The notes: a model not told the origin generated them from the sequence alone. DNA of 64,000 nucleotides from an uncultured Methanosarcinaceae archaeon (GCA_963721455.1 CAVRJG010000039.1:218738-282737), one strand, 5' to 3'; shown: positions 1 through 10,771, numbered from the stretch's first letter. Numbers and translations are program-made.

Positions 1-98
1 CCGAATAATAATTATAAATAGGAAATATATTTATAAAATATGGGTAATAAGGGATGAAGATTGCCAAAAGAATTATAAACCCTTTAGGAATTCCATTA

Positions 99-150
99 TT
101 GAAGAAAATGGTCAACACAGGATTTTGAAAAAAATGGTCAACATAGGTTT
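99..150 (+). repeat. 26-bp imperfect tandem duplication covering the mtd start
   Basis: ttgaagaaaatggtcaacacaggatt (99-124) followed by ttgaaaaaaatggtcaacataggttt (125-150). Confidence 0.8.
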
Positions 151-964
151 TATAAAAATGGGCAACCTGGGAATGAGCCAGGTTATCAATCTGATCCAGG
201 ATGAAATTGCAGCAAGAGAGGGAATCACAGTACGGGTATTTGGTACAGGTGCCAAAATGGGCCCTGCCGAAGCCGCAGATACTGAAAGTTTCAAGCAGTG
301 GAATGCAGACTTTGTGGTAATTATCAGCCCTAACGCAGCAGCTCCAGGCCCCACCGCAGCCCGTGGAGTATGGAAGGACGTGCCCTGCATTGTGGTCTCG
401 GACGGCCCAACAAAGAAAGAAGCCAGAGAGGCTTTTGAGCAGGAAGGCTTCGGATACATCATCCTCCCGGTAGACCCTCTCATCGGAGCAAAGAGAGAGT
501 TTCTTGATTCAGTGGAGATGTCATCCTTCAACTCAGATGCAATGAAAGTGTTATCTGTATGTGGTGTTGTTAGACTCATCCAGGAAGAACTGGATAAAGT
601 AACCGACCAGGTTGCTTCCGGAAGATCGGGAAAAGAACTGGAACTTCCACACATTTTCGCAAAACCAGAAAAATGTGTTGAGCATGCAGGTTTTGCAAAT
701 CCTTACGCAAAGGCAAAGGCCCTTGCCGCCCTTCACATGGCTGAAAAAGTAGCACAGGTTAACTTCCCTGCATGTTTCATGTTAAAGGAAATCGACCAGG
801 TATGCCTGACTGCCGCAGCCGGACATGAGATAATGGGAGCTGCCGCCCAGCTTGCAACTCAGGCAAGAGAAATTGAAAAATCCAATGACACAGTATTCAG
901 GCAACCCCACGCAAAGAACGGGAACCTGTTGAGAAAAGTAAAATTATACGAAAAGCCAGAGTAA
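134..964 (+). CDS. mtd: F420-dependent methylene-H4MPT dehydrogenase
   Basis: N-terminus VNIGFIKMGNLG, SPNAAAPGP and DPLIGAKREFLD motifs typical of Mtd; ATG at 134 preferred over TTG at 125. Confidence 0.93.
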   Translation: MVNIGFIKMGNLGMSQVINLIQDEIAAREGITVRVFGTGAKMGPAEAADTESFKQWNADFVVIISPNAAAPGPTAARGVWKDVPCIVVSDGPTKKEAREAFEQEGFGYIILPVDPLIGAKREFLDSVEMSSFNSDAMKVLSVCGVVRLIQEELDKVTDQVASGRSGKELELPHIFAKPEKCVEHAGFANPYAKAKALAALHMAEKVAQVNFPACFMLKEIDQVCLTAAAGHEIMGAAAQLATQAREIEKSNDTVFRQPHAKNGNLLRKVKLYEKPE

Positions 965-1129
965 ATGCCGGAAAACCATTTAAGATTTTGAAACCGGAAC
1001 CTTAATTGGAGGAACATAGAAATGATGTCCCTGAAAAATAGGCAGGGACAAATCCTCCAATAACAGCTTCTTTTTGATTAATCGTATGAGTTTCGGGTCA
1101 TTATTTTACTAATCATTATTTTACTAATT

Positions 1130-1513
1130 TTACTTCTTTGCGTCCTCGACTTCTTCCAGTACCGACGTGTATTCCTGAAAAACGGAGGGGATATCTATAG
1201 TAGCCAGCAGATCCACAATCCCAAGAGCTGCAATAACTTTACCGTTCTTTGAGCGAATGGGAGCAACAACCACATGTTTTCCGCTGTATACACCTTCTGT
1301 GGGAACCTCATGGGCAACTTTGTTTGTCTTTAATACCTCTTCGAGCACAGGCCCTGTATAGTCCCTGTCGAGGATTTTCCCTTTTTCCAGACGAAGCCCT
1401 TTTCGCTTGAGACTGCGAATGGTCGTAGGAAGTCCAATGACCGAGTGCACTGCGACTGCTATTGCCTCAAGGTCTTCGGGCCCTGAGTCTTCTGAGATAG
1501 ATAGGGAAATAAT
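1130..1513 (-). CDS. DUF2111-like conserved methanogen protein
   Basis: ORF 1130-1450 stays open upstream (IISLSISEDSGPEDLEAIAVAVHS) to an ATT at 1513 preceded by a GGGGGTGA RBS; YTGPVLEEVL and VVVAPI motifs. Confidence 0.7.
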   Translation of the reverse strand: MISLSISEDSGPEDLEAIAVAVHSVIGLPTTIRSLKRKGLRLEKGKILDRDYTGPVLEEVLKTNKVAHEVPTEGVYSGKHVVVAPIRSKNGKVIAALGIVDLLATIDIPSVFQEYTSVLEEVEDAKK

Positions 1514-1635
1514 GTTTTCACCCCCGTAAATTACTGGATACCGAATTGGGTAAAAGGCCAGGGCTTTTCATAAATGAAAAGCCGGGTTCCACTTTTCGGG
1601 CATATTTAGAATATGTTTTTTCAAAGAATATATAA

Positions 1636-2301
1636 TCACTCCCTATCCTCAAGTGCTTTTATAAACGCCTGCTTATGCAGTTCCCCTGACTCATGGATTC
1701 CACCAAGATCGCCACGGGAAGCCCGGCAGGGGTAATGCTGGATCAACAGCCCGGCTCTGGGGGGCGCATCTTTTACAGGAGTTCCAACGATTTCTTTTGC
1801 CATATGCCAGGTACTCCCACATGGAGCGCCTTTTATTACCTCGACGCCGGCGATTTTTCCGTCTTTTGTCTTTACTTTCAGGATAGGAGACCCAAAGATA
1901 TCCGCAAATGGCCTGTTGAAGGCATTGGGTTCAAGGCTACAGCAGAGCTCATCTACCTCGATATCCATGCCTGAAACTTCGGAGATCTTTTTGAGTTCGG
2001 GAATCGAAGCTCTGGACGGCCCACCCGGAACGATCAGGGAACGCACACCAGCCTCTGCCGCGAGCCTTGCAATTGCAGATGTCAGATCCGAATGCAGAGA
2101 GTAAGTAATTACGATTTCGGCAGAAAAAACGCTTCTGTCGAAATTAAGAGTTTCCAGGAATTCATCAGGCTCTTCAATGAATACAGGCACGAACTCAGGC
2201 AAGTCCGCAGTTACAACTGAAAAATCGCTGTGTTCCCTGACAGTCTCGATCAGGCGGTGCCCGTACTTGCCCCGCGTAATAACTCCTATTATAGTCATCA
2301 C
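1636..2301 (-). CDS. DUF166-family protein
   Basis: GKYGHR, CC, KGAPCGSTW and HYPCRA Cys motifs recalled from this family. Confidence 0.65.
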   Translation of the reverse strand: MMTIIGVITRGKYGHRLIETVREHSDFSVVTADLPEFVPVFIEEPDEFLETLNFDRSVFSAEIVITYSLHSDLTSAIARLAAEAGVRSLIVPGGPSRASIPELKKISEVSGMDIEVDELCCSLEPNAFNRPFADIFGSPILKVKTKDGKIAGVEVIKGAPCGSTWHMAKEIVGTPVKDAPPRAGLLIQHYPCRASRGDLGGIHESGELHKQAFIKALEDRE

Positions 2302-2451
2302 TCCAAGCTATTTTTAATATTGTATAAATAGATGCTTATTTTATTTGGAACTCCTGCCCTGACTCGCCATCCATATGGAAATCCCTATAGAATATAAATA
2401 CAGATAGTGCGTTTCAATAAAAACCTTTAAAGAAAAAAAAAGACGGTTCTT

Positions 2452-3069
2452 ATGAGAGGCAAACTGATCACACTTGAGGGTATTGACGGTTCGGGTAAAA
2501 GCACAGTTGCAAAAAAACTTCAGGAAAACCCTGAAATTAAAGCCTTTGAACCTGTTTTTACAAGGGAGCCAACGAGAGGCACTCTTACTGGAAATGCTGT
2601 GGAAAAAGCCATCCAGTCGGATACCGACCAGCTTGCCGAACTCTTTCTTTTTACAGCTGACCATGCCGAACATCTGGCAAAGCTTGTAAGGCCTGCGCTT
2701 GAGAGTGGAAAAACAGTGATTTCTGACCGCTATTCCGACAGCCGATATGCTTACCAGAGCATAACCCTGAAAACCCGCCTGGAAAATCCACTTGAATGGG
2801 TAAAGAATCTGCACGAAGGCTGGACTATTGTTCCGGACCTGACTTTTCTGTTTGATATCAGGCCCGAAATCTCAGTTGGACGCTGCGGGAAGCGAGGAGA
2901 GCAAAGCAAGTTCGAGAAAATAGAGTTTTTACGAGGAGTCAGGGAGACTTTCCTCAGGCTTGCGGCAGAAGATTCTGAACGTTTTATTGTAATCGATGCT
3001 TCCTTCTCCCCTGAAAACGTCGAAAAGGAAGTCGCCGAAAAAATTCTGGAGTTCCTGAGCAGGAACTGA
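2452..3069 (+). CDS. tmk: thymidylate (dTMP) kinase
   Basis: LEGIDGSGKST P-loop, TREP and ISDRYSDSRYAYQ motifs. Confidence 0.95.
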   Translation: MRGKLITLEGIDGSGKSTVAKKLQENPEIKAFEPVFTREPTRGTLTGNAVEKAIQSDTDQLAELFLFTADHAEHLAKLVRPALESGKTVISDRYSDSRYAYQSITLKTRLENPLEWVKNLHEGWTIVPDLTFLFDIRPEISVGRCGKRGEQSKFEKIEFLRGVRETFLRLAAEDSERFIVIDASFSPENVEKEVAEKILEFLSRN

Positions 3070-3124
3070 CCAGACAGACGGGTCAAACCGGAAAAATTAA
3101 ACCCGAAAAAAGAGAAATATCCTG

Positions 3125-3385
3125 TTAGAGCTCGTTATCATCCGCGAATTTGATCAGGGCTTCCCCTAACATCCTGACATGGGTAGGGTTAAGGTTGAAC
3201 CTGGACTTTTTTACTCCTCCCCGTTCCTTTGCGAGCTCGACATATTCCTTTTCGAAACGGTCACTGTGAGCCAGGGAGATGGTCATGTACCAGCCTCCCC
3301 CCATCTTGATCTCCACATACCCATCTCCGCTTCTCTCTTCAGTATTTTCCTCAACATTCTCTTCAGACATGTTTTCCTTTACCAT
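3125..3385 (-). CDS. small hypothetical protein with acidic N-terminus
   Basis: 86-aa ORF from ATG 3385 with coding-like composition; function not recognised. Confidence 0.6.
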   Translation of the reverse strand: MVKENMSEENVEENTEERSGDGYVEIKMGGGWYMTISLAHSDRFEKEYVELAKERGGVKKSRFNLNPTHVRMLGEALIKFADDNEL

Positions 3386-3505
3386 ACTGTAAACCTCACA
3401 ATTCTTAGTGTTTAAAGTGGAATCTGCTGTTTGAATATAAAGATATTCGATAGATTGTATACCAGACATATAAGGTAGGAGTAAAAACATTCCCGATATG
3501 CATGA

Positions 3506-4240
3506 TCACCTTTTGTTATCCGCTTTAAGCCCTGAACTCAGCACATCCGGAGAAACCAGCCCTGAGTGAACTGCAGTTGCGACCAGTGCCCCTTTTATCC
3601 CGAGTCTATCGAGAGTAAAAAGGTCTTCCATATCCTTGACTCCTCCTGCAAGCAGCACACTGTGCCTGGAGCTTTCAACCAGTTTGCGAAGGAATTCAGG
3701 ATCAAAGCCTGAGGCAGTTCCGACCCTGTCAAGGTCAAGAAAAATAAGGTCTTTTAAGGGGAAATTATTTAACACTTTTACGATTTCAAAAGGAGATTCA
3801 GGAATCTCGGGATCTTCTTTCAGGACTTTTCCATGCTTCATATCAATGCTAACACTGATCCTTCCCGGGTTTCCGAAAGCTGCGTCTTTGATTGCTGAAA
3901 GCGTGCCTGTTTCTGTGCCTATCACAGCAGTCCCCGCAATGGAAAGAGCTTTGTCCACGCCTTCTGGAGATGAGATCCCGAAATCAAGCATCGTGTCTGC
4001 TCTTAAACTCACTTCCCGGATAATTCCGGCATTTGTTTCGAGAGGTCCCTTGCCCTGCAGTACATTAAGGTCGGCAATATAGACTTCCCTGGGCTGCAGG
4101 AGTTTGACCATTTCCACAGGGTCCGAGCTGCCACATACAGCACTTGAATCCGAAACCGGAAGATACTTTTCCCTGACACCGCCTTTTGCAAGAACTACTC
4201 TACGGTTAAATATATCCATCACAAAAACTACGCGGAACAT
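3506..4240 (-). CDS. HisA/HisF-related TIM-barrel protein (methanogen hisAF_rel type)
   Basis: VFVMD...VV, YIADL, LDLDRVGT, AGGV and GALVATAVH motifs. Confidence 0.8.
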   Translation of the reverse strand: MFRVVFVMDIFNRRVVLAKGGVREKYLPVSDSSAVCGSSDPVEMVKLLQPREVYIADLNVLQGKGPLETNAGIIREVSLRADTMLDFGISSPEGVDKALSIAGTAVIGTETGTLSAIKDAAFGNPGRISVSIDMKHGKVLKEDPEIPESPFEIVKVLNNFPLKDLIFLDLDRVGTASGFDPEFLRKLVESSRHSVLLAGGVKDMEDLFTLDRLGIKGALVATAVHSGLVSPDVLSSGLKADNKR

Positions 4241-4352
4241 ACTTATTCCATAGTTGCATCATCCTATAAAAAAATATAAAATAAAGTTTATTGTATAAAA
4301 AGGATAATATTCCTCATATGATTCAAATTCCATGTTTAGTTAGAGGATTTTT

Positions 4353-5057
4353 ATGAAACTGCTTGTAAGTCCAATCAATAGAGAGGAAGCAATTATCGCT
4401 TCCAGAGGCGGCGCAGACATTGTGGATGTCAAAAACCCGAAAGAAGGTTCCCTTGGTGCGAATTTCCCGTGGATAATAAGGGATATAAAAGAGGCTGTAG
4501 ATGGTAGACAGCCGATAAGCGCAACCATAGGAGATTTTAATTACAAACCAGGGACTGCTTCCCTTGCAGCATTTGGAGCAGCAGTTGCAGGAGCGGATTA
4601 CATCAAGGTGGGCCTTTACGATATTCAGACTGAAGCCCAGGCCCTTGAGCTTCTCACAAAAATAACACGAGCTGTAAAGGATTACGACTCGACAAAGAAA
4701 GTAGTTGCCTCAGGATATTCGGACTACAAACGTATCAATTCGATTTCTCCACTATTGCTTCCTTCAATTGCCGCAGAGGCTGGGGTAGATGTAGTAATGG
4801 TTGATACAGCGATCAAGGATGGAAAATCTACCTTTGAGTTCATGGATGAGAAAGAACTTAAAAAATTCACTGAACTTGCCCATGAATACGGACTTGAAAA
4901 CGCGATTGCCGGTTCCCTGAAATTTGAGGATCTTCCGGTACTTGAAAGGATAGGACCAGACATTATTGGTGTCCGGGGAATGGTCTGCGGCGGAGACAGA
5001 GGAACTGCAATCCGGCAGGAACTGGTAGAAAAGCTTGTAGCTGAGTGTCAGGCCTGA
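4353..5057 (+). CDS. mfnB: (5-formylfuran-3-yl)methyl phosphate synthase, methanofuran biosynthesis (DUF556)
   Basis: MKLLVSP, DIVDVKNPKEGSLGANFPW, VDTAIKDG and GVRG motifs. Confidence 0.9.
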   Translation: MKLLVSPINREEAIIASRGGADIVDVKNPKEGSLGANFPWIIRDIKEAVDGRQPISATIGDFNYKPGTASLAAFGAAVAGADYIKVGLYDIQTEAQALELLTKITRAVKDYDSTKKVVASGYSDYKRINSISPLLLPSIAAEAGVDVVMVDTAIKDGKSTFEFMDEKELKKFTELAHEYGLENAIAGSLKFEDLPVLERIGPDIIGVRGMVCGGDRGTAIRQELVEKLVAECQA

Positions 5058-5159
5058 GAAATCCTGTGAATTCAATATAAAACTTGAAATTTATGCCGGC
5101 AGGTCGTTCAGGCAGGCCGGCCAAAACATAAATATACGCAGATAACTATTTTTAGACTG

Positions 5160-5693
5160 ATGTTTATTTTTGGACATATTGGGATTACTCTGGGGATCTT
5201 TTATTTCCTGAGCTGCTTATCTTCAAAAAATAGCTTCTGGGAAAAAGTTCCGTGGATTGCAATCGGGGCGCTCCTTCCGGACTTCATAGATAAGCCTCTT
5301 GGCAGAATAATCCTGGCTGAAACCATAGGAAGCGGGCGCATCTTTGCCCACACTCTACTTTTCGGCATTCTGCTGGGCCTGGCAGGCTATTACCTCTACC
5401 ACACGGGGAAACCCAAACTCCTGATTATTGCAGGGGCGTCTTTTTGCCACCTTCTTGAAGACCAGATATGGAATACGCCTGAAGTATTTTTCTGGCCATT
5501 TTTAGGCTGGGAGTTTCCGGAAGATACGATTTCCGGGAACTTTATCGAGTATCTGATGATAATCTTCAATAGATCATACGATCTCGCATTTACAGGTGTT
5601 TTCATCTCAGAAATAATTGGATTGCTTATAATTGTCCTTCTTACTGGCAAATATATTCAATCGAAAATGAAAGAAAATTCTGTAGTAAAATAA
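5160..5693 (+). CDS. membrane-bound metal-dependent hydrolase (YdjM/DUF457-like)
   Basis: GH, LLPDFIDKP, AHTL, HLLED and WPF motifs within hydrophobic helices. Confidence 0.8.
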   Translation: MFIFGHIGITLGIFYFLSCLSSKNSFWEKVPWIAIGALLPDFIDKPLGRIILAETIGSGRIFAHTLLFGILLGLAGYYLYHTGKPKLLIIAGASFCHLLEDQIWNTPEVFFWPFLGWEFPEDTISGNFIEYLMIIFNRSYDLAFTGVFISEIIGLLIIVLLTGKYIQSKMKENSVVK

Positions 5694-5724
5694 ATAAAGA
5701 GAAAAAGAGAGAAAATTTAACTCT

Positions 5725-5790
5725 AAGGTGGGAAGTCCCCTTCCTCAAGAACCCGAGCTTTCAGGCAAAGGTCCGGGGAGGGGCAGTTCA
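5725..5790 (+). mobile_element. short palindromic remnant resembling an IS200/IS605 right end (REP-like)
   Basis: ggaagtccccttcc...ggggaggggcagttca stem-loop ending in GTTCA; abuts the stop codon of the convergent gene. Confidence 0.45.
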
Positions 5791-7587
5791 TAGTTTGTGT
5801 TCATAAATTTCTATATTAAGAGAATCGTAGATCTTGTGTACAGGATAATCGTTCTGAGCCCTTGAGGTGTTTCCGGTAGAAACTGACGCTTCATCGGATT
5901 CTTGTTCATTCAGGCTCAAAGCCTCTGAAAAGGCGGTTACCACAAGATAGGAAGGTTCGTTTTCTGCTGCTTTATCTAAAGGTATAATCCCTTCAGAATC
6001 ACTTTTAGAGGCATAAATAGGTCTTGCAGAGATCTCAGCAAATTCAGCCGACCGGCTAAGATTGCCGCTAAAGGTTCCTGGCAGGGTGCTGCTTCTTTCC
6101 TCACCTCCGGAGGACATAATATATGGATAAGTTTCTTTTACTCCGGATAACCACTGAATTCCTTCTACCTCATTTTGTGAAACTACTTCAGAAATTTCAC
6201 CGGTATATGGAGAACTGAAGCAGGTAAAGAATCCCAGGGTCCAGAGAAGGCAAAGAACCAGGACTGCAGAGCCAAGGCCAAGGGTATATCCTTTTCTGAG
6301 GAAAATGACATAAAGAGAATACCCCAGCAGAGGGATCTGAGCAAAAATAATGAAACTCAGATTTGCAAACCTATCTGGAGGGTAAGGAATAAAGGGGTTT
6401 AAAAGGAAGGCAAGCTCCAGGAAAAAGGTTGCGATATAGAGGATCAAAAAGCGGGGATACCTGCGGACGAAATGGTGGCAAAATCTTTTACGGTTCTGCC
6501 ATACGATTACGGAATTGATCAGAATAAAAATTAATGGAATATAGTACTTGCCGTAATAGAGATTTGAGAGATGCACGAACTCGAAAAAACCATTTTCTGT
6601 TCCTGGCACTCTGGAAAAGGCTGTCGCCATTAACGTCTCAGTGCGCAGGACAAGAGTTGAAAGGAAGACATCGAAAAACTGGGAAGCGTATTTTGCATAG
6701 AGCAGGAAACCTCCCGAGGCAAACGACAGGAAGATAAATACAGGGACTTTCCTTCCCTGGTGGGAACCGGAAAGGAAATTAAGACTCCAAATTTTACGGA
6801 GAGATCCGGACTTCAATATTTTGCTCGAAATGCCAAGGCTCAGGGAAAAACAAACCATGTATGCAAAAATGAAAGGATGGGCTAACGGAATCAAAGGCAA
6901 CATTAAAAGAAGGCAAACAGCCATTGCCCTATTATTATCATAAAGAGCGTTTCTCAGCACAAAAAGGTAGAGAGGCACCAGGCAGAAGCACAGATAATAA
7001 GGATCTGTCGATGCCTGAAAATGCCCGAAATAAGGAATGAACGAGGAGAGAAATGCTACTGAGACTAGTTTTTCCCTGCTCATGAAGACTCGGTAAAAAA
7101 GGAACATTCCGGTAATAAACATGATTGAAAAAAAAACTGGCAAAAAATAGGAGAGTTCCCACGTCTCCAGGCCTGAAACCGAAGATAGGGATGAAACGAG
7201 CAGAGGACCCGTAGGAGAAAGGCTGGAAAAGCCTGAAGGATCGGAAAGTGCACTCTGTCCTGCAAGCCCAATGTATGAAAAGTATTCACCCCTGCCTGCT
7301 GAAACATAGCCAAGCATGTAAGGGATGATCAGTACCGTAATGTGAACGAGCAGCAGTATAAGAACTGCACTTATTTTTCTGTATGCTAGGAGCAGAACGC
7401 AGGCTGAAAGGTAACAAAGTAGCAGGGCTAGGTAAAAGTGAAAAGGAAGCTGCTCATAGATGTTGACTGTATACCCCTCGGGCGGGATTCCCCTGAGAAT
7501 AAAGAGACTGTAAACCAGTAGTAACAGAGAAATCGAGGTTACAAGATTTAATATGTTATTGGTGATTTTAGACAATGTGTCCCCCAT
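5788..7587 (-). CDS. polytopic membrane protein, GT-C/Wzy-like (DUF2206/DUF6541-like); paralog of 25859-27643
   Basis: Many TM helices; GYxVxIY, HP and SPYTG motifs and C-terminal KIYD motif shared with 25859-27643. Confidence 0.6.
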   Translation of the reverse strand: MGDTLSKITNNILNLVTSISLLLLVYSLFILRGIPPEGYTVNIYEQLPFHFYLALLLCYLSACVLLLAYRKISAVLILLLVHITVLIIPYMLGYVSAGRGEYFSYIGLAGQSALSDPSGFSSLSPTGPLLVSSLSSVSGLETWELSYFLPVFFSIMFITGMFLFYRVFMSREKLVSVAFLSSFIPYFGHFQASTDPYYLCFCLVPLYLFVLRNALYDNNRAMAVCLLLMLPLIPLAHPFIFAYMVCFSLSLGISSKILKSGSLRKIWSLNFLSGSHQGRKVPVFIFLSFASGGFLLYAKYASQFFDVFLSTLVLRTETLMATAFSRVPGTENGFFEFVHLSNLYYGKYYIPLIFILINSVIVWQNRKRFCHHFVRRYPRFLILYIATFFLELAFLLNPFIPYPPDRFANLSFIIFAQIPLLGYSLYVIFLRKGYTLGLGSAVLVLCLLWTLGFFTCFSSPYTGEISEVVSQNEVEGIQWLSGVKETYPYIMSSGGEERSSTLPGTFSGNLSRSAEFAEISARPIYASKSDSEGIIPLDKAAENEPSYLVVTAFSEALSLNEQESDEASVSTGNTSRAQNDYPVHKIYDSLNIEIYEHKL

Positions 7588-8418
7588 CCTTTTAGAAAGT
7601 TACAGAGTCCAGTTTCCGCACCCAGGTATGAACTATCCCTGAAACAGTGGTTTCACTCCTAAGAGTTTTGCTTTAACAGGCAGCACACAGGCCCAAAAAC
7701 TTTCGTTCCCACCATGTTCGTCGTTCGTTATTCGTTTCTCCTCTTTCTCATTTTTCCTTATATCCAATCGGCCCAACAAATAATTAATGGTTGTGCCCGG
7801 AACGCAGGTTGATATACCTGCCTCAACCTAATTAATGTTTTCATGGATTAAAAATTTTCAACAATTAAAGGCTTTCGGGCATTATGCTTCACTTTACTAT
7901 TTTTGCCGGAATAATTCACGGCATATAACGTTATATTTTCCTTGAATACGGATTTTGCTGCTATTAGAGTTATACCCGGTCTTAACTTCCCGGATTGAAG
8001 ATTGAGCTATCCAGATTTATTTTCCTATTCCCGCCTCCGACGGGGTGATCCCGGGATATTCCCCCAAGAGAGAGAGCATTAAGATCAGAATAATGAGGTG
8101 TTTTCCTCTAAAGGCAGGACTCAGGGCAACCGCCGGGACCACATGCCGCATTCCGAAAAAAGGCAAATTCAATTCCGGATCGACTGGATTAAGGTTAATT
8201 TACGAGGAGGAATTTTCCAAAAAATTAGAAGCAGACAGCTAATCCATATAAACAATATAAAGTGACTGCACTCAACTACCATAATATGGTTTTTAAGCAG
8301 GTCGGACAATGAGTCCAATAGGAGTTCTGGTCTTTATTTACCGGCTCCGATTAGAAAATTTTGAAGACTTTGATAAAGTATCAGACTATTCTAAAGGATT
8401 ATACTCCTGAGTAATTCC

Positions 8419-9315
8419 TCATACTCCTGAGTAATCCCTCAAGCATATTTTTTTAATCTCATTCAGGGTTCTCAGAATGTGACGGATTCTATTTTCTATA
8501 AGCTTTCCTTTTATGCTCCAGTAAAGGGGCCTGTTGTTCCCTACTGAAGGAAACCTGGCACAGGAAATGTCAAGCGGGTGGAAATAGAAGATCGTATGTC
8601 CTCTTTTCAGGCTCTGGATAAGCCCATTTAATACTAAAGGAGCTCCCAAAAAGCGTAGGATTGGGCCTCCGGATGTCGGAATTTTCAGTCCGTTCTGATA
8701 ATAGGCCCAGGGAAACTCAATGAAGTTTCTATCATTACCTGCATCAAGCCTGCTTTTTACAGGATAGTAGGGAAAAGATGAAACTGTATTAAGGGACGAA
8801 TCAGTTTTATTATAAAGAGAATTTACGGATACTGATGAGTCATATTTGAACCCGATCTGTTCCAGTGAATCCAGCATCCAGCCGCCTATAAGGGCATTCG
8901 GGGCCCTGTACCCTACTACCTTTTCCCCACTAATTTTTTCCAGGATTCTTTTTGCAAGCAATGTCCTCTGCTCAAATTCCTGATTACTCATTAACCGCGT
9001 CTTCGTCTCAGGATCGATTTTGCAGGCGTGGTGCAGCCCATGACATGCAAGCTCATGTCCTCTTTCCACAATTGACTCGACAAGTCCAGGATAGTGCTCT
9101 ACGATGTCCGCAACTACAAAGAAAGTGGCAGTCACGTTAAACTCATCAAGAATATCCAGTACCCTGTTTGTAGGCTCGGTCAGGAAATCGTACCTACCCT
9201 CCCATTTTTCAAAGAACTCATTTACATTCCTGTAAACGGCATACGGAGAACTGCAGACTGAAGGAATGTGATACCAATCCTCAAGATCCACTGTAACCGA
9301 AAAACTTCCCCTCAT
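8419..9315 (-). CDS. polysaccharide deacetylase (CE4, DUF3473-type)
   Basis: TVDLEDWYH, HELACHGLHH, GYRAP, YDSS and FYFHPLD motifs; ATG 9315 follows a G-rich RBS (9345 is an alternative start). Confidence 0.88.
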   Translation of the reverse strand: MRGSFSVTVDLEDWYHIPSVCSSPYAVYRNVNEFFEKWEGRYDFLTEPTNRVLDILDEFNVTATFFVVADIVEHYPGLVESIVERGHELACHGLHHACKIDPETKTRLMSNQEFEQRTLLAKRILEKISGEKVVGYRAPNALIGGWMLDSLEQIGFKYDSSVSVNSLYNKTDSSLNTVSSFPYYPVKSRLDAGNDRNFIEFPWAYYQNGLKIPTSGGPILRFLGAPLVLNGLIQSLKRGHTIFYFHPLDISCARFPSVGNNRPLYWSIKGKLIENRIRHILRTLNEIKKICLRDYSGV

Positions 9316-9984
9316 AAGACCCCCCGCACTACCAACCGCACTCATAAACAAGTAATAAATGCCTGAGTTATACCGAAAGTTATACCGAAAATTATATGGG
9401 AATGGAGATATGCAGATTCCCACTTAATAAAAAACTTACTATTTAGTAAAGGATCACAAGAGTATAAAAAATTTTTGAACTGTTCAGTTAAAATAAAAAA
9501 AGTGCGATATCCGCAGAAATATTTTATCGTTAACACTGAGAATACAATTATTAAATAAACGGATATGTGTAAATATAAATACCGGATGATCCTTGCAAAT
9601 CGTCCTGCTGGGATATGAATAAGGGGTTTCAGGATCTGAAGAGAGAAACAAAGCGTTACCTCAACGGATGATCCCAAATCTAAAGCAGTCACTCAAAAGA
9701 GCCTTTAAAAATGTAAAATTAATCGAATCCATCGAGTTTTCTCAGAGTGCTCAGACGAATACTATGATAATAAACCATATGGGCTATTATAGAAATATCT
9801 TCATAGAGATGTGTAATAAATATGTGGGAAGGATAACACTACTTACTTTTTTGCCTCCCTGTTGATCCCTTCCATTTAAGACAGGAAGAAATTCAACCAC
9901 TGTGTAGGAGAATTACGAAAATGGTCAAAATAAATGAGGAGCAGGGCAAAAATAAATGGTTTTGGCTGCAGCCCTCTAAAGCCG

Positions 9985-10233
9985 TTAAAAAAGTGCAACA
10001 ACTTTGAAAAGAATGATTGCACCAAAGGAAAATAGCAGTGGAATAATTCCCATATTCAAAGAAACTTTCACGGCATTTTCCCAGTGCTTCGACACCGGGA
10101 GAAAGTCCCTGAGCAAAAGCAGCAAAAGTAGAGTTGCGGTGGCCACGGATGCACCTTCAGGGATCCCTGGTACGGCCATACTTGAGAGCGCACCTGAAGA
10201 AACTGAATTAGATGAAATTAAACTTGTAAGCGT
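9985..10233 (-). CDS. small Ser-rich two-TM micro-protein, copy 1
   Basis: Homologous to 42014-42277 and 43081-43329 (PG[IL]PE, HW..SLNM[GA]I.PL.F.F..I..FK); frame open to an ACG at 10233, 8 nt after GAGGAG; first ATG is at 10179. Confidence 0.75.
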   Translation of the reverse strand, partial: TLTSLISSNSVSSGALSSMAVPGIPEGASVATATLLLLLLLRDFLPVSKHWENAVKVSLNMGIIPLLFSFGAIILFKVVALF

Positions 10234-10771
10234 AGTTAGAACTCCTCGAGTTGATTCGCATATTTAAGAAACAAATACGCAATCTAATATAAAAATTCTC
10301 CTCATACTACTTGAATAATTTGAGGAGAAAAAGTATCGAACCAAAAGTTTGGAGGAAAAGCGGAAAACGGGCCAATAGATCCTAAAATGTTGAGAGTTTT
10401 ATTAGTATGAAAATTAAAACGCTGAGGATCCGTAATTGCAAGAGCATTTGAAAGCCTGAAAAAAGGGCATACTTCCAGATTTAACCGGGGGCCCGATTTT
10501 CCCAGATAGTCTAAGCCAGAGGAAAGATTAGATTCAAACGATTGTAGAAAATTCACCTGATTTTTAGCCGAGATAAAAACATGCTTCTGGTTTGAGCAAT
10601 GGAAGATTTATGTTTATTGATTTTCGGTACGAGATGTAATTATACAAGATGTAAATATAATAATATTGAAAATCAAAGACTGGAGACTGTAATGCAAAAT
10701 TACGAATGAAAAAGAGAAGGCATGGATTAAAGAACTTTACCAGAAAACGTAAAACAAACGAGGGGCAGGGA

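Noticed and set aside
112-654. Long antisense ORFs over real genes (e.g. 112-654, 14064-14594, 47746-48357, 57390-57884)
   Set aside because: Shadow ORFs opposite well-supported conserved genes, with no family motifs.
7600-8400. Long intergenic region and ORF 8045-8242
   Set aside because: No RBS, motif or clear structure; likely a promoter/UTR region with a spurious ORF.
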